Shown here piece after piece: positions 54,101 to 60,100 of a DNA stretch of 64,000 nt (position 1 is its first letter; every line of letters starts with the position of its first letter). Made by a program: the position numbers and the translations under genes. Source of the stretch: Squalus acanthias. Its lineage: Eukaryota. A model generated the notes under the pieces. The model worked only from the letters and a program-made list of their open reading frames with translations, ran no database searches and had not been told where the DNA came from. The stretch is from the NCBI GenBank assembly GCA_030390025.1, contig CM059432.1, positions 106,270,001 through 106,334,000 on the forward strand. Direction: 5' to 3'.

Positions 54101-57100
54101 AGGAAATTGGACATGAGTTTGAGTTCGGATTGGTCATGGCCCTGTGGGTGGCGGAGCGGGCCCAGGGGCTGAGTGGCCTGGTCCTGCTCCTACTTCTTAT
54201 GTTCTTTAGATTTGAGGTTAGGATCAGATCAGCCATGATCTTATTGAATGGCTGAGCAGGCTCGAGGGGCCGATTGGCCTACTCCTGCTCCTATTTCTTA
54301 TGTTCTTATGTAAAATCCTGGAATTCCCTCCCTAACAGCACTGTGGGAGGACCTTCACCACAGGGACTGCAGCGTTTCAAGAAGGCGGCTCACCACCACC
54401 TTCTCAAGGGCAATTAGGGATGGGCAATAAATGCTGGCCTTGCCAGCGATGCCCAGATCCCATGAACAAATATTTTTTTTAAATTTAAATACTGATACAG
54501 CCCCAACTGGAGTACTGTGTCCAATTCTGGGCACCACACTTTAGGAAGGATGTGAAGGCCTTAGAGAAGGTGCAGAAAAGATTTACGAGAATGATTCCAG
54601 GAATGAGGGACTTCAGTTACGTTGATAGACTGGAGAAGCTGGGGTTGTTTCTCCTTGGAGCAGAGAAGATTGAGAGGAGATTTGATAGAGGTGTTCAAAA
54701 TCATGAGGGGTCTGGACAGTGTAGATGGAGGGAAACTGTTGCCATTGCAGAAGGGTCGAGAACCAGCGGACGCAGATTTAAGGTGATTGGCAAAAGAACC
54801 AAAGGCGATGCAAGAAAAAACTTTTTTATGCAGCGAGTGGTTAAGATCTGGAATGCACTGCCTGAAAGGGTGTTGGATGCAGATTCAATCACGGTTTTCA
54901 AAAGGGAGTTGGATAAGTATCTGAAGGAAAGAAATTTGCACGGCTACGGGAAAAGGGCGGGGGAGTGGGACTAGATGAAGTGCTCTTGCAGAGAGATGGC
55001 ACGGGCTCGATGGGCCGAATGGCCTTCTTCCGTGCTGTAACTATTCGATGATTCTATCCCCGATACTCTTTCCTAACAAAAATTTATCAATCTCACTCCC
55101 GAGACTCAATTGACCCAGCATCCACTACCTTTTGGAGGAACGAGTTCCAGATTTCCACTAGTGTGTGAAAACGTGATTCTTGATTTCATAATTTTAAGAT
55201 TACGTCCCCTTCTTCTAGATTCTTCCACCAGAGAAAATAGTTTCTCTTTATCTACCCTATTGAATTCCTTAATCATTTTTAACACCTCAATTAGATCACC
55301 CCTCAACCTTCTAAACTCAAGGGAATACAAACCAAGTTATGCAAACTGCCCTCATAATTTAACCCTTTAAGCCTGGGTATCATTCTGGTGAATCTACACA
55401 ATACCCCTTCCAAAGCCAATATATATTTCCTGATGTTTGGTGCCCAAAATAGAACCCAGTACTCCAGATGGGATCTGACCACGGTTCTGTACAACTGAAG
55501 CATCACTTCCTCACTTTTGAATTCTAACCCCTTTGAGATAAAACATACAAACAATGATGGACAGGTAAAGACCCTCTGGTCCATCGAGCCTGTCCCACAC
55601 AATTGCGATACCTTGTATATGACAATATATACACTCCGCACCCCACCCGTAACCAAGTGATCTCCTGGGAGAGGCAAAAAAATTAAAAAACCCAGGCCAA
55701 TTTGGGAAAAAAATCTGGGAAATTCCTCTCCGACCCATCTCGCCGATTGAAACTAGTCCAGGATATCACTCTGGCCCTGAATTCCCTACAGTACCTAACT
55801 TCTGTAAGAGGTGATCTCCACTCAAGCTCTTGCTTGAAGGAATTATGATGGAAAGCTGAGGCCCCAGCACAGACCTCCTCAAAAAATTCAACTAGATTAG
55901 TCAGACATGACCTACCCTTCACAATCCATGCTGACTCTTCAATCAACTGATACTTGTCCAAGTGCTCAGTCACACTGTCTCTGATAAGATTCCAGTAACT
56001 TCCCCACAATTGTTAAGCTGACATTTGTTTGGTTACCTGGTTTCTCTCATTCTCCCTCCATTCTTAAATAACATTTACAATTTTCCAATCCAAAAAACAC
56101 AATTCCTGAATCTAGAGTGTTTTGGAAAATTATAACTAATGCAGCTGGAATTTCTTCATTTCTTTTAAAACCCTGGGATCAAAACCATCAGGTCCTAGAA
56201 ATTTGTCTATCATAAATCCCAGCACCCTATCTAATTTCTCAGACTTTTCACATGATCAATATCATTTCAGACTAATAATATAAAATACCACATTTAGAAT
56301 TGAAAAATGGAATGACCTGGAAAAGCTTTTGTTGTGACATGATGCCATATTACGGCTAGCATTGATGATGCGGTACTGGAAAATTATCACGTGCCCGTCC
56401 GTAAAGGCATTGTTAGGTCAGAAATTTAAAAATAGCAAATTAAGACCATTTGTGATTGCACAGTATTTGCTATGATGTGAAGTTTTATACCTGATGAAAG
56501 AAAAGTTACTTATTTGATCTCAGCCAAGATGGCAGTAGGGCACTAAAGTCTTCCTTTCTGCCCTGAGGATGACCAGGTATTCTGCTTCTGATTGTCATCC
56601 AGCGGCTCCTGCTGGAAGTGCACATGTACAACTTTGGGTGGCAACAGCATCATGGTTGACTATGAGGTCTGCCAACCGTGGCAAAATAGCCTGCCAACAA
56701 GTTGCTATCGAGATTCACACAGGAAGAAAAGCCAGCTCCTAGCAACCATACCTCAATACAAATCATCTTCAAGTAAAGAAATACAAGCAGAATGCATTTT
56801 ATATTTAGTAAACACCTAGTGAATTGATATTTTATAGTCCTACAGCTTATTAGTGTTCTGGAATTGCAATATTCAACATTTCTAGGTTTAATTTTTTTCT
56901 TACAGGAAATTCAATATTGTTAACATTCAAAGTTGCAAAGAATTTGTGGTCTAATTCTAATGAGCTCTCGGCCAGGGTCACTTTGGCTCATTATACACGA
57001 AAAACTTGGGCTTTCTCCGTTCTTTCAGGCGCAATCTTGCTTTCCACCATTCTTAGTTTCAGCACTTAGAGCTATTGCAATGTCATACTTACTGCTTTGA

Positions 57101-60100
57101 TTCATGGTGGCAGACCTCTAAGGTCGGATCGTTGTAAATGAAAGCAGCTTCCAAATCATTTACTCTCACTCTGTAAATCCGGCATTGCTTGCTATTCAGT
57201 TTTATTCTATTGAGGTTAGCAAGTGACGGGAATATGGTCAACTCCACATACCCCTGCAAACATAAAACATACAAGAGTCCTGTTTAGTATGTCTGAAATT
57301 ATTTCTTTATTTAGTACAAAAATTGAAAAAAAAAGTTACTTACTATAACAGACTTCCTCTGAAAGTTTATATTATTTATGCAGACCACCTGGTGAGTTGT
57401 ATAAAGACATAAATCAAAAGTAAAATGACAGCTCAGTGTAGAGTAAGCTCATGCCAATTAATCAATTTTAATTCATTTAAACAATCAGTTTTGGTGGAGT
57501 GTAATAACAGTACTGAATACATATTTGATCATTTAGTTCAGACCCTGCCCTAAATAAGACAGATGGCACTCATGCCATTATCAAACAGTGTAATTTTTTT
57601 CAGAGATTTGGCTGTTGGGCAAAAAGATAGACCTACTGGTTAAATAGCACAACCTAAATCTGTATACTGTTTCAGGAAATTCCAAGAATCTAAATTGTTC
57701 TTTCCAAAAACAGCAGAGTAATGGACAAATCAGTTTGCAAGCATTTGCTAATTATATATTTATTAATACCATGGAATCAATCAACGTTGACGAGATGTTA
57801 ATATTACAATGGAAATTTAAGTTATTTTTATACCACATATGTGCACAATAATTATCAGAAATATTTCCAAAGGTGTGCTATTGTCAACTGCAACAACCAG
57901 GGTTACTTTCTTCCTCATCAATCAATCCCAGTTTCTACCCTTCACTCCTCCCCCACACAAATACAAGGAGCATAATAGCCCAGATTTTTCTGGCATCTCA
58001 CAGTGAGCGCGCGAGTTGGATTTTTTTCCTCAGCTCCAATTAATTTTGCACCGCAAATTGCTTGAAATGCGAGTGGACAACAGGGCATCTGGGACCTTGC
58101 TGAACGACGGGACCAATAGTCTATCTTCTTAAGCAATTAAATTTAAGATTTGAATGGTTAGCAAAGCTTTGAAGTGGCAGCTTGGACATCTGATTATTGA
58201 AAAGTCTATCACCAAATTACATGCAGGAAAATGCACGGTTGTAAGTTGTTTTTCCTGTGGAACATGACGCACAAAGGTAAGCCTCCTGACCAAGGTGTAG
58301 ATTTAAATTGTTTTTTAAATTCACGTGTTATTTGTGGAATGAGCATGGTGTTGTTGGTTACTTACAAATTAGTGGACCCACGTACTTTGAGGCGGGGGGG
58401 GGGAAAGAGGGTTAACTCTAAATCCAGACAAGCTGAAATGGAATTTAGCATCGACTTTACTCCCAGACAGAATCCACCACAATATAATTTAACAAATCAG
58501 TTTAACTTACATCCTGGTTGTGCGTTTTATGTGGCATGTGCAGAACAATTATCATTTAATTGCAAAGTAGGCCATTGGAAACATAAATTACCCCATTAAC
58601 GGGGTCCTTACACTTTTAAATAGCAGCCCTAGCTTTCTATGTTGAGTTTCATTCGTTTTTACAGTGTAAATGCAGCAATTTCTTGACATTATTGGCGAGG
58701 TTGACTGCGAGCTCAATTTTTTTTTTGCAAGGAGCAGCGCAACTTAACTAATACTTCACTGAATTACCAACTAAGGAGATATTGGCACCCAGTCTTGGAA
58801 AGATGCAAAGCAGCTCACAAAACAAAATGGCACTCAATCCACATTGTAATTATTATTTTTTAAATATAGGATTTTTTTTAAACTGTCATACAAGCACATG
58901 GGGGAAAGAAGTGAGAAGAACATTTTTCAACAGCAAACTGATGTGAATATGCAAGTGATCCACATAGCAGGGAATTTATGTAACTCCAAAGAAAATATGC
59001 TTTAATTCCACAATACCCACTGGACTTCATTCACTGTTTGTATATTTTGTGAAAAACTAGCAGGACACCAACATTCCCCAATAACGACCATACGTCTTTC
59101 CCCATGCGGAGTGTACATGGTTAACAGAATACCCAATATAACGTCCAGGATATCTGCCCTCGAACTTGACATTAACTTCAAAGCATTATACTATTTAACA
59201 AATATAAATAGTAAAAATTAGCTAAATGCTGGAAGCTCTAAAGCAACACAAGTTTCTCCATCAAATATCGAGTTAAGAAAATACAAGACTTCTTTCGTTA
59301 CATATACTGGGCTTGTACGTTGTTGTACAATGGTACATCCCCAAGTGCACTGTGCTGGCTCAGAAGAACCATGTGCCGGCTCAGAAGAACCATGTGCCGC
59401 TCTCTACCAAGCAATAATGGAGCTCTAGGCTCCGCTCACCGGTTTCCAAATGCTGTTCAAATCTTACATTCCATTGGCCGTTTCCAAACATGAAAAAAGG
59501 GTGAAAATTAAGTTTTAAATGTTCCCAATAATCAAATTGCCTGGAGTCCAGCCATTCTGAAGGTGGTCTCGTATCTCTTGGCTTGAGTTCATAGGCTTTC
59601 AAACTGGGGTTCGTGAGGTCATCAGGTTTCTATCTATCTGGAGCCACCCACACTGTACATCATGATCAGTATCTCAAACTGTATTCTATTTTTTTTCCAT
59701 ATTATTTCTCAATATATACTAATAAAAATGTTTTATGCAATAGTGCATTTTCACTTGGGTAGCTGGCTCTGTCAGAAGTTTAAGATGGAGTCCATAGGAA
59801 GGTGTCACTATTTGCAGGGTGTCACCACTGCAGAAAATTTTGAAAATCATTGCATCAGTGTGCAAGAGTCAGATTGAAAGAAAGAACTTGCATTTATATA
59901 GTGCCTTTCATGACCTCAAAATGCTTCAGTCACTTGTGAAGTGTTGTAACATAGGAAACGCCAGCAGCCAATTTGTGCACAGCAAAGTCTTGCAAACAGC
60001 AATGAGATAATGACCAGATTATCTGTTTTAATGGTGTTGGTTGAGGGATAAATATTGGCCAGGACACCGGGGAGAACTCCCCAGCTCTTCTTCAAAATAG

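Larger units (their letters stand above)
49401..55056 (+). mobile_element. CR1 LINE (about 49401-51058 and 54485-55056) split by nested insertions
   Basis: [20 protein letters not shown] and MMNLYK stop at about 51058; [11 protein letters not shown]...3' UTR resumes at about 54500. Confidence 0.88.

Noticed and set aside
57975..58750. Possible further MITE in intron 1
   Set aside because: The left end resembles the other MITE termini, but I could not identify a matching right TIR or TSD.
59357..59398. Short direct repeats as a CRISPR array
   Set aside because: Two adjacent units with no spacers, in a eukaryotic context; the same applies to 6221-6264.
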